From NCBI RefSeq assembly GCF_009914755.1, contig NC_060933.1: a stretch of 64,000 nucleotides of DNA, one strand, 5' to 3'. Within the stretch, counting starts at the first letter, position 1. Every line of letters starts with the position of its first letter. The DNA comes from the human T2T-CHM13v2.0 reference genome, Homo sapiens. The notes under the pieces are model-generated. The model was not told the origin of the DNA, searched no databases, and was given only the letters and a program-made list of their open reading frames with translations. Shown here piece by piece: positions 1 through 13,767 of the stretch. Position numbers and translations under genes: made by a program.

Positions 1-23
1 GGTTGCCTGTTCATTCTGATGGT

Positions 24-59
<36 letters not shown>

Positions 60-885
60 GCAGAAGCTCTTTAGTTTAATTAGATCCCATTTGTCTATTT
101 TGGCTTTTGTTGCCATTGCTTTTGGTGTTTTAGACATGAAGTCCTTGCCCATGCCTATGTCCTGAATGGTATTGCCTAGGTTTTCTTCTAGGGTTTTTAT
201 GGTTTTAGGTCTTACATTTAAGTCTTTAATCCATCTTGAATTAATTTTTGTATAAGGTGTAAGGAAGGGATCCAGTTTCATCTTTCTACATATGGCTAGC
301 CAGTTTTCCCAGCACCATTTATTGAATAGAGAATCCTTTCTCCATTTCTTGTTTTTGTCAGGTTTGTCAGAGATCAGATGGTTGTAGATGTGTGGTGTTA
401 TTTCTGAGGCCTCTGTTCTGTTCCATTGGTCTATATGTCTGTTTTGGTACCAGCACCATGCTGTTTTGGTTACTGTAGTCTTGTAGTATAGCTTGAAGTC
501 AGGTAGCATGATGCCTCCAGCTTTGTTTCTTTTTGCTTAGGATTGTCTTGGCAATGTAGGCTCTTTTTTGGTTTCATACAAACTTTAAAGTAGTTTTTTT
601 CCAATTCTGTGAAGAAAGTCTTTGGTAGCTTGATGAGGATGGCATTGAATCTATAAATTACCTTGGGTAGTATGGCCATTTTCACGATATTGATTCTTCC
701 TATCCATGAGCATGGAATGTTCTTCCATTTGTTTGTGCCCTCTTTTATTTCATTGAGCAGTGGTTTGTAGTTCTCATTGGTCCTTCACATCCCTGGTAAG
801 TTGGATACCTAGGTATTTTATTCACTTTGTAGCAATTCTGAATGGGAGTTCACGCATGATTTGGTTCTCTGTTTGTCTGTTATTG
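1..885 (-). mobile_element. L1PA (LINE-1) ORF2 fragment, 5'-truncated, continuing off the left edge
   Basis: Matches L1 ORF2 antisense; ORF 470-685 reads [25 protein letters not shown] (ORF2p) and is then frameshifted. Confidence 0.95.
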
Positions 886-1312
886 GAGTTATACACTTTT
901 TCAAAAAGCAAACCAAAATCAGAATCAAATAAATAATTTTCTCATGCCTTGCTTTCTCTGTTGTCTCATATTTATGTTATTCATTTTAGATGCTATTATA
1001 AATCTAAAATCATATAAATCTCCTATTATACTATAATAATGTAATTTTATCTTTCTGAGCATTAAATCCTTTCTCCCCATCATAGAATGGAAACTTGGTG
1101 AAGACTATGGCTAAAAAAGACTTATCTTTTTGGTATGCTGATGAATTCCAATCACCCACCATTGCATCTGATTCATTGCAAGTGGTCAATATTTACTGGG
1201 CAAATTCAAAATTATCAAAATTCAAAATAATCAAAATTATAAATTTTAAATAATATTTCAGACAACCTCAATTTACACATGGAAATATATTTTCATAAAT
1301 TTATAGTGAACA

Positions 1313-2062
1313 TTTTTTCTTTTTTTAAATTTTGTTATTATACTTTAAGTTCTGGGATATATGGCAGGTTTGTTACATAGGTATACACATGCCATCGTGG
1401 TTTGCTGCACCCATCAACCTGTCATCTACATTAGATATTTCTCCTAATCCTATCCCTCCCCTAGCCCCCCACCCCCCACATGCCCCAGTGTGTGAGGTTC
1501 CTCTCCACCTGCCCATTTGTTCTCATTGTTCTACTCCCACTTATGAGTGAGAACATGCGGTGTTTGGTTTTCTGTTCTTATGTTAGTTTGCTGAGAATGA
1601 TGGTTTCTAGCTTCATCCATGTCCCTGCAAAGGACATGAACTCATCCTTTTTGTGGCTACACAGTATTCCATGGTGTATATGTGCCACATTTTCTTTTTC
1701 CAGTCTATCATTGATGGACATTTGTGTTGGTTCCAAGTCTTTGCTATTGTGAACAGTGTTGCAAAACACATACGTGTGCATATGTCTTTATAGTAGAATG
1801 ATTTGTAATCCTTTGGGTATAATCCCAGTAATGGGATTGCTGAGTCAAATGGTATTTCTGGTTCTGGATCCTTGAACAATCGCCACATGTCTTCCACATG
1901 CTTGAAGTAATTTACACTCCCACCAACAGTGTAAAAGCATTCCTATTTCTCCACATCCTCTCCAGCATCTGTTGTTTCCTGACTTTTTAATGATCACCAT
2001 TCTAACTGATGTGAGATGGTATTTCATTGCGGTTTTGATTTGCAGTCCTCTAATAACCAATA
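1313..2062 (-). mobile_element. L1PA7/8-like 3' end (3'UTR plus ORF2 C-terminus), 5'-truncated
   Basis: T-rich tail then tatactttaagttctgggata...; ORF2 C-terminal remnants ([34 protein letters not shown]). Confidence 0.93.
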
Positions 2063-3424
2063 TCAATCATTTAACCTCTTTCATATATGACAACACAGAA
2101 AATATATGGAATTTAAGCAATTATATTGAAACACAATTTAAAACAGTACAAGCAGTGATAGTATTTGAAATTAATAGGATTCTAAGCTCAAAATGCTTAA
2201 GTAAATGTTTCCATGTAAAAATTGGTAGAAGTCTATGAAAAGAATTAGAAGCAAAACATATTCCCTAGCTCTTAATGTCATCCAAAACAAGAACCTGTGT
2301 TCCTTGAAAGCAAAATATATGTCTTATTGACCTTGTTATGTCCAGGAATGAACATGACACCTGGTTCATTTTGAGGCTTCAATTCATGTTTTAAATGCCT
2401 TAATGAATGAATCAATCAACTAGGAGGTTCAGAATGTTTAGGAATTGAAAATTGACACATAAAGTATGAGGAGGACAAAATAAAGACTGAAAAATTATAT
2501 AAGAATATATGATACAGTAATTTAATAATTTAATATCAAAAAACTATTCATGTGCTGTAGTTTCATAAGATTATGTTTTATTCTAAACTGCAAGTGATAT
2601 TAGAATTCCAGAAAATATAAAGTATGTTTGCATAGGTAGATTTTTTAAACATTCATGATGAGGCATTATCTTTTTCCATTCTAAGGTCAGTGACCTCAGA
2701 TTCGAGTTGTAGATAATATTTGACAGCATCTTTTCCCCATGCCTGTAAACTGATCTGGTAATGAGAGAGGATATCTTGTTTTCCTGTACTTGTGTTACAT
2801 TTACTGAAGTGAATGGGTGGAAAAGTTTGCACAGGTGTGGGTCTGAAAGCAAGAGGTAATGTAATTTCACAGAACATGTGATTTGTCATAGGCCTTACAG
2901 CAAGGGTCGTAGCTCTGAGTAATCTTAGATCTATCCATCTGTCTAATTATCAATTTGTTAGAAATCTTGCAATAAAGAATTATAGTTTTATGAGCTGCAT
3001 AATTATGATGTCATTACAATAAACCAAATGTTTAAATACTTTTATCTTTCAGGTGGCCACATGCTAGACCATGGGAAAAAAAATAAAAATTATCTTTTCT
3101 GTCCTTACTATAAGGCACACCTCCCCTCCTAACTCCCTGAAATTTCACTCTCATCAGCCCAGATCTCCACCACACACCCAGTTGTCTTTCTCTACTCTTC
3201 TTTTCTCATTCCTCTCTTTACACTTCATTGTCTGCCACTGTTATTCAATGGGGCTAGTCCAGAACTAGTCCTGCCTCTATGAGCATATTTTGTTTTTCCT
3301 CCATGTATTTTTCCTCTCAAATTATTTCTTTGTAAATAAAATTTTTGTTGATGCATAATAGATGTACATAGTTTCAGGTATATGTGATAATTTAATTCAC
3401 TAGCATACTTTGTATGATTTGTAA

Positions 3425-3756
<332 letters not shown>

Positions 3757-3822
3757 AGCTATTTGTCTTTATGCTGGAAACATTCTAATTATTATTTGCT
3801 AGCTATTTTGAAATGTACAATA

Positions 3823-4112
3823 GGCTGTGAGCAGTGGCTCACGCCTGTAATCCAAGCACTTTGGGAGGCCGAGGCAGGAGGATCATCTGAGGTCAGGAGT
3901 TTGAGACCAGCCTGGCCAACATAGGGAAAACCTATCTCTACTAAAAATACAAAAATTAGCCCAGCGTGGTGCATGTGCCTGGAGTCCCTGCTATTCAGGA
4001 GGCTGAGGCAGGGAGAATCGCTTGAACCCAGGAGGTGGTGGCTGCAGTGACCCGAGATCATGCCACTGCACTCCAGCCTGGGAAGCAGAGCAAGACTTCG
4101 TCTAAAAAAACA
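3823..4112 (+). mobile_element. AluS (Sx-like), full length
   Basis: Dimeric Alu; TSD aaatgtacaatag at 3811-3823 and 4113-4125. Confidence 0.97.
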
Positions 4113-4781
4113 AAATGTACAATAGATTCTTGTGAACCCTAGTCACACTATTTATCTATCAAGCACTAAATCTTATTTTATGTCAAACCTTATATTTGTA
4201 CCCATTAATCAACTTCTCTTCCTCTCTCCTTCCCAGTTATCCTTCCTGGCTTACGTAGGATTACTTTTTTTAAGGCAATGTTAGGATTGGTCTGAGCTTC
4301 TAACTATAAACTCTAAAATATCCATTCACCTATGCCAATGATCTACTTTCTCAATATGAAATGTTGTTATCTAAGTTTCTAAGAGTGCTGTTTAATTTTA
4401 GGTAAAATGAATGTTAGAAAACAGCATTTAGAGGGACAAAAACAACCAAAATGATTTAAAACAGGGTTGACAAGCATATGCTGCAAGCGGTAAAACACTG
4501 CCCCTTACGTGGTGCACATCAACACTCAGTCAAAACTCCTTCCCTCTAAGCAAGGATGCAGCCTTTGAATTCTTCTGAGTAATATTCCCTTGGTCAGATA
4601 AAGCATAAAACTTGTCTTCTCTGTATTAAAAATGTACCTTTTAGTATATGCTATTGAAAAATGAAAAAAAGTTTACCTCCCCTGTTTGCATATAACATTT
4701 GTTACATTATTTCATTTTAAAAATCTTGTAAAGTTTTTCTAATAATGTGAGTAAAACGCTATTACGGAACTTCGATATATG

Positions 4782-5383
4782 TGTGAAAGGAAAATAAATA
4801 TTGGGACCTTAAACTCACTAAGCTAAAAGGAAAAGTCCAGCTGGGAACTTGGTCACGCAAGCCTGCCTGCTATTTTGATCCCTAAATAAGATGGCTACAA
4901 AGATGAAAAGCTATATACCTCCCTAACATTTTGCCCACAAGTAAATTCCTTGTGCGCCCCAAGATTTTTACCTTCAAGCTTATCTGTCAAAGTTCACCAT
5001 GGCAGTGTAATTGATCAACCTATCAATTATCTTTGCAGGTACAGGGGACATAGGACAGAACTCAGAGTCATCCCTCTGCACACCTGAAACAAATGCATAT
5101 CTGATTGTTTCCTCTGCCTTATTGTCTATGTTATATTATATAAAAATTCAGACTCACTGAGCAGGACGAAGCCATTAATATTCTCCCCTACTGCAATCTC
5201 ACATGATAACTGTGTATTTCTCAACATCCTGTCCTTTCCCCTTTAAATTTGAAGCCCTCAAAATCATCTTTGGGGAAAGTCATAGACCTGTCTCCAGTGG
5301 GGTGGGGGGTGGGGGGCATCCTTAACTTTGGCAAATAAACCTCCTAAAATGAGACCTGCCTGGATCATTTTCCTTGATTGACA
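4782..5383 (+). mobile_element. MER4A-like ERV1 solo LTR
   Basis: Starts tgtgaaaggaaaataaa, ends ttgaca (TG...CA), has aataaa near the 3' end, and a 4-bp TSD tatg at 4778-4781 and 5384-5387. Confidence 0.9.
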
Positions 5384-5844
5384 TATGCACACAAACACGC
5401 ACACAAACACACATTCATACATATTTTCTAGCTGTAATTACTGCCCCTGCAGATAAATTATTCCAGTTAACATTGTGGCCTATGTTCCCATCTGTCATAC
5501 CTAAATAAACAAGTTACTAAATAGGAAATATGCACAGACACATACACAAAAATGCATATACATAAACCTCTCTATTTGATGTCCTGTGGATTTGTTTCCA
5601 TGTCCCTCAGTATTTTTTAGAGTGTCATTTGAATAGGTCTTTAAGTTAAAATTAATTTTGACTGTGTGAATACATGAAAAAAAGTATAAAAAGGTCATTT
5701 TCATTTCATAATATCTGTTGAATTTAGGCTTAATTTAAAAATAATCATTAAAAATAAAAACAAATTTTAAAAATCACCTTTGGTAGGCTGAATAATTGCA
5801 TCACAAAGAAGTCCACATGATAATTCTAAGTACCCATGAATATC

Positions 5845-6007
5845 TTACAGGTGCATGCCACCATCCCCAGCTAATTTTTTGTATTTTTAATAGAGACAGG
5901 GTTTCACCATATTGGCCAGGTAGGTCTCGAACTCCTGACCTCAGGTGGTCGGCCCACCTCGTCCCCCAAAGTGCCGGGATTACAGGCATGAGCCACTGTG
6001 CCCAGCC
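5845..6007 (-). mobile_element. Partial AluS (left monomer plus start of right monomer; 3' part and tail missing)
   Basis: Alu sequence begins abruptly at ttacaggtgcatgccacc; no tail or TSD. Confidence 0.92.
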
Positions 6008-6529
6008 GGGATCCTTTTTGTTTTAAATAATTGAAAGAGAAACAGCAATGCCTATCAAGGCAGCTGGATTGGTCAAATTAGCTTGGAGGACAATATAAGT
6101 TCACAGACTAGAAAAGTCTATGTGACACTATTGATTAGACAATACTTCACTAATTAATATAGACCCATTTCATTGGTGTGCAGAGTATACATGTTTTTTT
6201 TCTTCTCAGCACCCTGGATTATATCTTAAGAAAGATGCAGCATAGAGGCCTTATCAGTTTTTAAATGTTTCAGGCATTAATTAGCAAAGACTCTCTTTTT
6301 GTTGTCAAAATATAGTCAAGGGAACTATAAGAAGAAACTTTAAAGACCAAGTCAATTTATCTTGTAAATAGTCATTCTAAACAATTCTGTTATCTAAATA
6401 TTACCTTTATTTTACATGATATTTATTTGATATAATATACTTTAGGGTGGCTCACTTAATCTTTCCAGATTTCATTTTACTTATTATTAATAGTATACAA
6501 TTATTTTATAAAATCAAAAAAAATTAAGC

Positions 6530-6720
6530 ATTTACTTTGAGTCTCTCTGCTAAGCTTTTTACATATATTTTGTCATTTAATCCTCATTACAATATACAAA
6601 ACATATTGTCATTATTTCTATTTTACAGATGATGAAACAGAGGTGCCAAAAGATAAGTAATTTTCTAAGATCAGGATCTTGGTTAGTGGTCAAATGGGCC
6701 ATCTGCCAAAACAGTCTATA
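6530..6720 (-). mobile_element. MIR
   Basis: MIR core catttaatcctca...ttttacagatgatgaaacagagg. Confidence 0.75.
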
Positions 6721-6789
6721 CTGTATTACACTGTATATAAAAAGATAATAAAGGCTTCTGCACAACCTCTCAAAACAATAATTAGGATT

Positions 6790-7140
6790 AAATTCATCCA
6801 TGCATTGATTTCTACATTCCATCATAAAGCTAATGGTCATCGTGCACTTAGAATGTGCTCACCAAATATTGAGCGTGGTGGGATACAGCTATGAACAAAG
6901 AGACAGGTGTTTGGCCTTATGGAGTTTACAGGATAGGTGGAAAGACATCGTAATTCCTTAGAGTCATAAAATGGTGATGATATAAAAAAGAAAGTACAGT
7001 GAGCTATGATAATAGCAGAGAAGAGATGGGTATAATACTGAAGAAAGGAGCCAAAGGTCAGTTTTAGGGAGATGGCATTTGAGCTAAGATACACAAAAGG
7101 AGGTTCACTAGGAAGATACCAAAAAGAGAAGTCATGATAC
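6790..7140 (-). mobile_element. L2 3' fragment
   Basis: gggatacagctatgaacaaagagaca...ccttatggagtttaca, typical L2 antisense. Confidence 0.65.
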
Positions 7141-7522
7141 ATAAAGTCACTTTATAAAGTGTTAAAGAATTGTAAAATTTGAGGCATTAAGCATTAAAAG
7201 AGAGTTGTGACAAATGTGTTGAAGAAAAATATGCTTGCAAACTCAGTTGTAAATTTTTTTTTAATCATCTACTATCGTGGATTATCTAAATTACTGTCGC
7301 CCTCCATTTATGTGGATAATGAGTTGACTAAGTATTGAACATGTTTAAAATAGCTGAACCCTGTCTTTTCCTGGCTCCACACATTGCCTATCATATGGTC
7401 GACACTAACCAATCTGTTTCTTTTACTGCCCAATTACACTTTGATAGTGATTAAGAGTCACATACACACATCTTCTTTGTAGAAAAGGGAATGGATTTGT
7501 TCAAATGGGACCTCTTACTCAC

Positions 7523-7618
7523 CATTAAGAAAATATATTGTATTGGAGTCATGAAGTGATTACTGACTGCTAAATAGCCACGTTGGAGTCAATCATAGCT
7601 GGAACCCTTAGCTTTTAG
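7523..7618 (-). other. Candidate non-coding exon (96 nt)
   Basis: Minus strand: acceptor tcctctgtttcccacag| and donor ATG|gtgagt; stops in all three frames. Confidence 0.25.
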
Positions 7619-9989
7619 CTGTGGGAAACAGAGGATCAAAAGCTATAATTTATCCAAGAAATAATACTGGGCAATCAGAGGTTAGTACCTCTCATATTTT
7701 AATTCTAACTTTTTTTTTTTTTTAATGACAGAGAGGGTTCCTAAAATCTTTTATCACATTTGCACTAGAAAAAAAAATGTAAACTTTTTCTCTGTTTCTT
7801 AATTTCCTAAGCTTTTTGAGGAATGAAAATTTGAAAACGCAGGAAAATGTAGAGGCCTAGAACATAATAGACACATTCATTTCCCAAATGATGGTACTTT
7901 GATAGTGAAAGGGGATGGGTCACAAATGGAGATGGGCATAGATGTGTTAGCAAACCTCCTTAGGAAAATGTGCCCTAAAAACAGACCGAGTTTTGAGTCA
8001 GTATTAGCTATGTATGCCAATTAACTGTGGAGGCATTGATAGGTAAATCCTATTTCATTAAGCTTCATTTTGAGAACCACAAGTGGTGGAAAGAGAACTG
8101 AATAAAGTGGCTTCTTATTCACCAATCTCTGGACTCTGCTTGTAGTTCTAAAGCAAATCATATTTATCTCATTAACCTTTGGCAGGCAGTTCATTTTCAC
8201 CTCATTTTTGAAACTAAATTGAGTTTTCTTCACTGGATTTTTAAGAAATCACTGTACTAAAATCAAAATACATAAAATTACTTTATCCTGTTTTAATATC
8301 AATGGATTATTTTAATTATACAAACACTCCTGCTGATCTGGGTCCTTGTTTCATCGCTAGAAGTACTTGACTCAATATTAGTACATCACTTCAATTGGGC
8401 AGATTCTTATACTCGATTGAATGTTTTGACCATTCTCATTCCTATTCTTCTTCCATCCTCTCTAACACATTTTGTTTGACTAAGGCTGAATTAACATGAT
8501 TTATTGCTATTCAAGTAGAAATTTTACATCACCTTTGCAGACAGAGCAGTTGAGGTCTTGCATATGAAACACACAATTGTCTTACATGTAAGGTCAAAGT
8601 AATGAAATATAGATCAGAAGGAGAAATAGCTATATATGCATAAGCATGTTTATTTATAATTCCAAGAGCATAGGTAATTGAATGCATTGCTTGTTCAAGC
8701 ATTTTGAGGTGTTGGATACAAGCCTTTCTTACTATCTATTACTATTTGATTATTCAATGATGAAGTGGTTATATTTCTATTGCTCTATATACTCACTATA
8801 ATATTTAAATCTGTTGTGTAAATGACTAAAGGTAAGTACAATCTGCAAAATAGGCTAAAATCTTTTTTATGCAGGATTTTATCTAGAGAAATCCTCATTA
8901 ACTCTCACCTCTCTGCCCCTCTTTAAGCATAATACTGATTCCTAAATGCTGCAATACCTTTAGGTGGTTTTTTAATCATAAAATAAATATTAACTTATAT
9001 TCAACAGTTTTTGGTTGAGTGAAATACTCATGAAATTGATAAGCCACAGAGGGTATGTATGTGAGGCAAGGTATATATGGTAATTTGCCTTTTAACAAGT
9101 CCCTTAAAATTACCAGAAAATCAAATTTTCAAACAACTTACCAGCTAGTTTACCTGAATTCAAAATAGAATAATCTTCTTTAAAATAATCATCTCTATAT
9201 ACTCGGCTAAATCACAACTTTATATTTGAATTTATTTCTCCCTTAAAATTAGGATTTCAGAGGTGAAGTTGTGGTCATATTAATGGTGTTGAGGTAGTCC
9301 TAATGTTCTTACAAAAAACACATCCTCTGTGAAAAACTTACAATAATGGTCCTAGGATAAGAATGGAACCACTAAGGACAAAATCTAATGCTTTTCCTTT
9401 TCCTGGCATTTGACTATTTCAGAGTTTGTTTATTCCACTTCCTAACAGCACTTTTCAGTCATCAATATTAATTGAATACTTTGTTCACATCATTATAATA
9501 AGAACTATTTTAATTCTAATATATTCTGTTCTCAAGAATACAACATTTCTTACCACTCCTGCCAACCTCTGCATGGGAGAAGAGAGGATTTGGAGGTATA
9601 GAGAGGATGAGTAAAAATTTTCAGCAGAAGAGTTACAAGTTTTTAATATAGAGTCTCTTAAAGACTGCAAATAAGATTAGAGAGTCAAAATAATCTTACA
9701 CTGTTTAAAAATCAAGACTATCCCTCACAAAATGAGAGCAAGCTCTTTAAAATGAATTTAAAGTTTTTAACAACCGTACACCAAAATATAATTTAAACCC
9801 TATTCATTAACTTTAAACTCATGTCCAAAAAAAAGGCGTTGGAATAATTTATTAGAAAATATGGCTTGGTAAAATTTTTTCCATGTTGCTTTGGAAAACT
9901 ACCACAAAACACAACCAATAACTATTAAAATTAAATAAGTCATTAGGAATCTCCAAAGGAATTCACCCATAAAAAAATCAATTGAGTAA

Positions 9990-10340
9990 ATTTTTTACTT
10001 ATTAAATAACTGAAGCATAAGAAAGACATAAAGAATAATATAGTGAACTTCCATGCACTCAAAACCTAGTTTAAATATGGAATATTATCAATAAAATTTA
10101 AATCCACTGTATTGCACTTCCAAAATACATTATCCTCCTACCCTCTCAAGTACTAGCCATTTAATCGGTAATTGCAATTTTCATGCTCTTCCTACATATA
10201 CAAATATCCCTAAACAATAGATAACATTGTCCAGCATATTTTAATACAACCGGGATCATCCATTATGAATGCTTTTGCAATTTGCTTAGCTTTACCTTTG
10301 CAGAATCCATTTAATGATAAACATTTGTTGCTATACATCT
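9990..10340 (-). mobile_element. Very old L1M(E)-like 3' fragment
   Basis: Degenerate L1ME 3'UTR-like motifs (gaataatatagtgaac, atccctaaacaata, ttttgcaatttgctt). Confidence 0.5.
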
Positions 10341-11520
10341 TCTATTTATCTTTTATCTCTATGTATATCAAATATTGATAGACATTTCAGCAAAATACAT
10401 TTAGGATTTTCTAATTTCTGACTGTTAAAAGGCTAAGAGAATCAATCAACTTTAGGTTCAAATTCCCAAATTCCAGTCTTGTCCTCTTCATCACTTTTAT
10501 GAATGAAGCCTCTTGGTTTCCGGTTTTTAATAAATGTGCACAAGACAGTCACATTTGATTCCTACCTCATCGTAGTATTTGCCCCTAGAGATTTTCCTTA
10601 AGTTCTTTGACTCTCAAATATGCTTTTACAAGAATGTTTATTGTATTTTACTTAGCAATTTTATCTTCTATTCAGTTTGTATTAAGAACTTGTTTTAAAA
10701 TACCTTATCTGTCATATTACTAGAAGGATTATATGAGGACACTGATGAAACATGAGGCTACTGCTAGGGTGACGTTATATCTTCATTTCTTTTGTCACTT
10801 CCATCTTCATGTCATTTTTTACTGTGGCATGGGAAATGCATCTGACAGTTCTAATGGAGAGAAGGAAAGACATGAGAAGGATGTGTGCCGTACGTGCTTT
10901 GTGTGTCTAGTACATATCATAATTTTGCATGTGCTCATGGTACTTTCCTCTGACTTCAGCATGTGTCCCATTGTCCTTGATGAAAATATGCTAAAATCAA
11001 TTTTTACATTGTATTTGCTAAATAGATGTATACTTCCTCATGCAAGGCTTATAAATGTATTATTTCTCTTAAATAAATTATTCAGAAAATAAATTTCTTA
11101 GAATTGTAAATCATTATATATTTCTACTTTGGCAAATTTTATTCTGGCAAAATAGCTCAGTTATTTTGAGCTAGATGTAAAATTCTACAAAATTTTGACA
11201 TTTACTTCAAAGTTTTTTTCATATAATTTAAGTTATTAAGAAACGTATGAGGCAAAATATGTATCTTGGTATTTAATAGAGCATTGTGTGAAATTTGTCT
11301 TCTTGGGATATTAGCAAGCAAGCAAAACTCAAAATGCTATTTTTGGTCAACTAAATTTGGGAACTACTCAAGGTACTCAGACTTCCCAGGTTCAATACTT
11401 TGCTAATGTGAACTGTTATATTTTTAAAACATATTGCACCATGGAATGTTTTGTTAACAATTGAGAGCTTATAGAACTTCTGTTCTATAGACGACACTTT
11501 AGAAAATACTGCTATATTTC

Positions 11521-11823
<303 letters not shown>

Positions 11824-12676
11824 GCTGCTATATTTCAATCCTTTAAATATATACTTAAAACATAGAGTATGAAAGAAACACTATGATATACTACTCATTT
11901 TAACTAGTATGCGAATTTGAGATGTTAAAATCTAGGTAAATATTGTCAGTAGAAATTTAATGATTGTGTCTACTAAGTTAAAATCTAAAGTCGTATTAGA
12001 GAGTACACTGAGATGTACACTGGGAATGATATGGACTTAAAATATTAATATCTATTAAGCGAATATATTAACATAACATTCCAAATTTTTAGTTCATTTG
12101 ATTTCCATTTTTGGTTGTCAGGGTTTTGAGGGAGCTTTAAATAAAAGAGAAAATTGCCTTTTTTTTTTTTCAGGTATTTGTTTTGTTTGTATCAACCAAG
12201 CTCTGAACTGCCTGGCCAGAGGCTAGTGTGGCTTCCTAAAAGCCTATTCATACACTTCAGAAATATTAGCAACAAGAAGTAAAGTGGTGAAGACAGTGCC
12301 TCAAGGAGATTATTTATCTATCAGGAATTGTCTGTTCCATGCTGCCCATGCCAAAGGTCAATCTGATGACTTTACCATGAAGGGATACATAAGACTCACT
12401 GAATAGATATTTCTCTCAAATTGGTTTGTTCTATATACTCAAAATGATATTTGAAAATGCTGTCCAGTGATATTTGAATAATTGTTCTGTAGGGTTGTAT
12501 ACTTTTAAAATTTACACAAATTTCACTTATTCTGTCATTGTTAAATAAAACTATATAGGCACTTAATATTCCCATTATGCAGAAAGGAAGACTCAGAAAA
12601 AGGATACATAACTACAGTTGCAGAGATGAACATAATGCGTTTTTACCTTAAATCTTATTTTTTCCTAAATTGTGAG

Positions 12677-13284
<608 letters not shown>

Positions 13285-13409
13285 CTTAAGGGTGTGTTTA
13301 TATTAGATTTTTCTGTGTTTGATTTGATTTAACCATCACAAAACTACATTTTTGAGCACTCTTTACTAGAAAAAACTATTTTCACTTGGATTCGTTCCTT
13401 GATAATAAT

Positions 13410-13640
13410 TGGCACTATTATTCAGAATGAATTCTAGTGTTCAATGCCTTCATTTCAGGACTTGGCTTTTACTTGATGCATGTCAAACAGCAAACTATTT
13501 AACCTCTGTTCAGTGCCAGTAAAATGGAATAAGATTAGCATTTACATGGTGGAGTTGTGAATAATAAATCAGCTAATACGTATGCAAAGTGCTTAGAGCA
13601 GAACTTGGCACATAGTAAATGCTGAAAACATACTGGTTTA
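13410..13640 (+). mobile_element. MIR
   Basis: gtaaaatggaataag...aaagtgcttagagcagaacttggcacatagtaaatgct. Confidence 0.8.
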
Positions 13641-13687
13641 ATATTAGCATTATTATATCCTTTTGTGCTGGTAGGAAAGTTTAGATA

Positions 13688-13767
13688 TTTTTGTTTCTTT
13701 AAAGTGAAAACAAGTTTGTTAGAGAATTAAAGAAACAAAAGAATGGCTACTCCATAGGCAGAGCAGC
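13688..13767 (-). mobile_element. ~67-bp MER4-group (LTR8/MER41/MER51-like) LTR fragment with A-rich tail
   Basis: Reverse complement gctgctctgcctatggagtagccattctt...aacaaacttgttttcacttt followed by aaagaaacaaaaa. Confidence 0.75.

Noticed and set aside
1200-1255. caaaatt(a/c)-type short tandem repeats
   Set aside because: Ordinary AT-rich low-complexity sequence.
470-2066. ORFs resembling reverse-transcriptase protein C-termini
   Set aside because: Frameshifted remnants of L1 ORF2 in truncated copies; not genes.
9142-9153. Possible 12-nt minus-strand microexon (ttcag|GTAAACTAGCTG|gtaagt)
   Set aside because: Weak pyrimidine tract, stops in two frames and no host gene; likely chance.
10733-11092. 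119-aa ORF in apparently unique sequence
   Set aside because: No recognisable domain, no convincing splice context, and composition typical of chance AT-rich ORFs.
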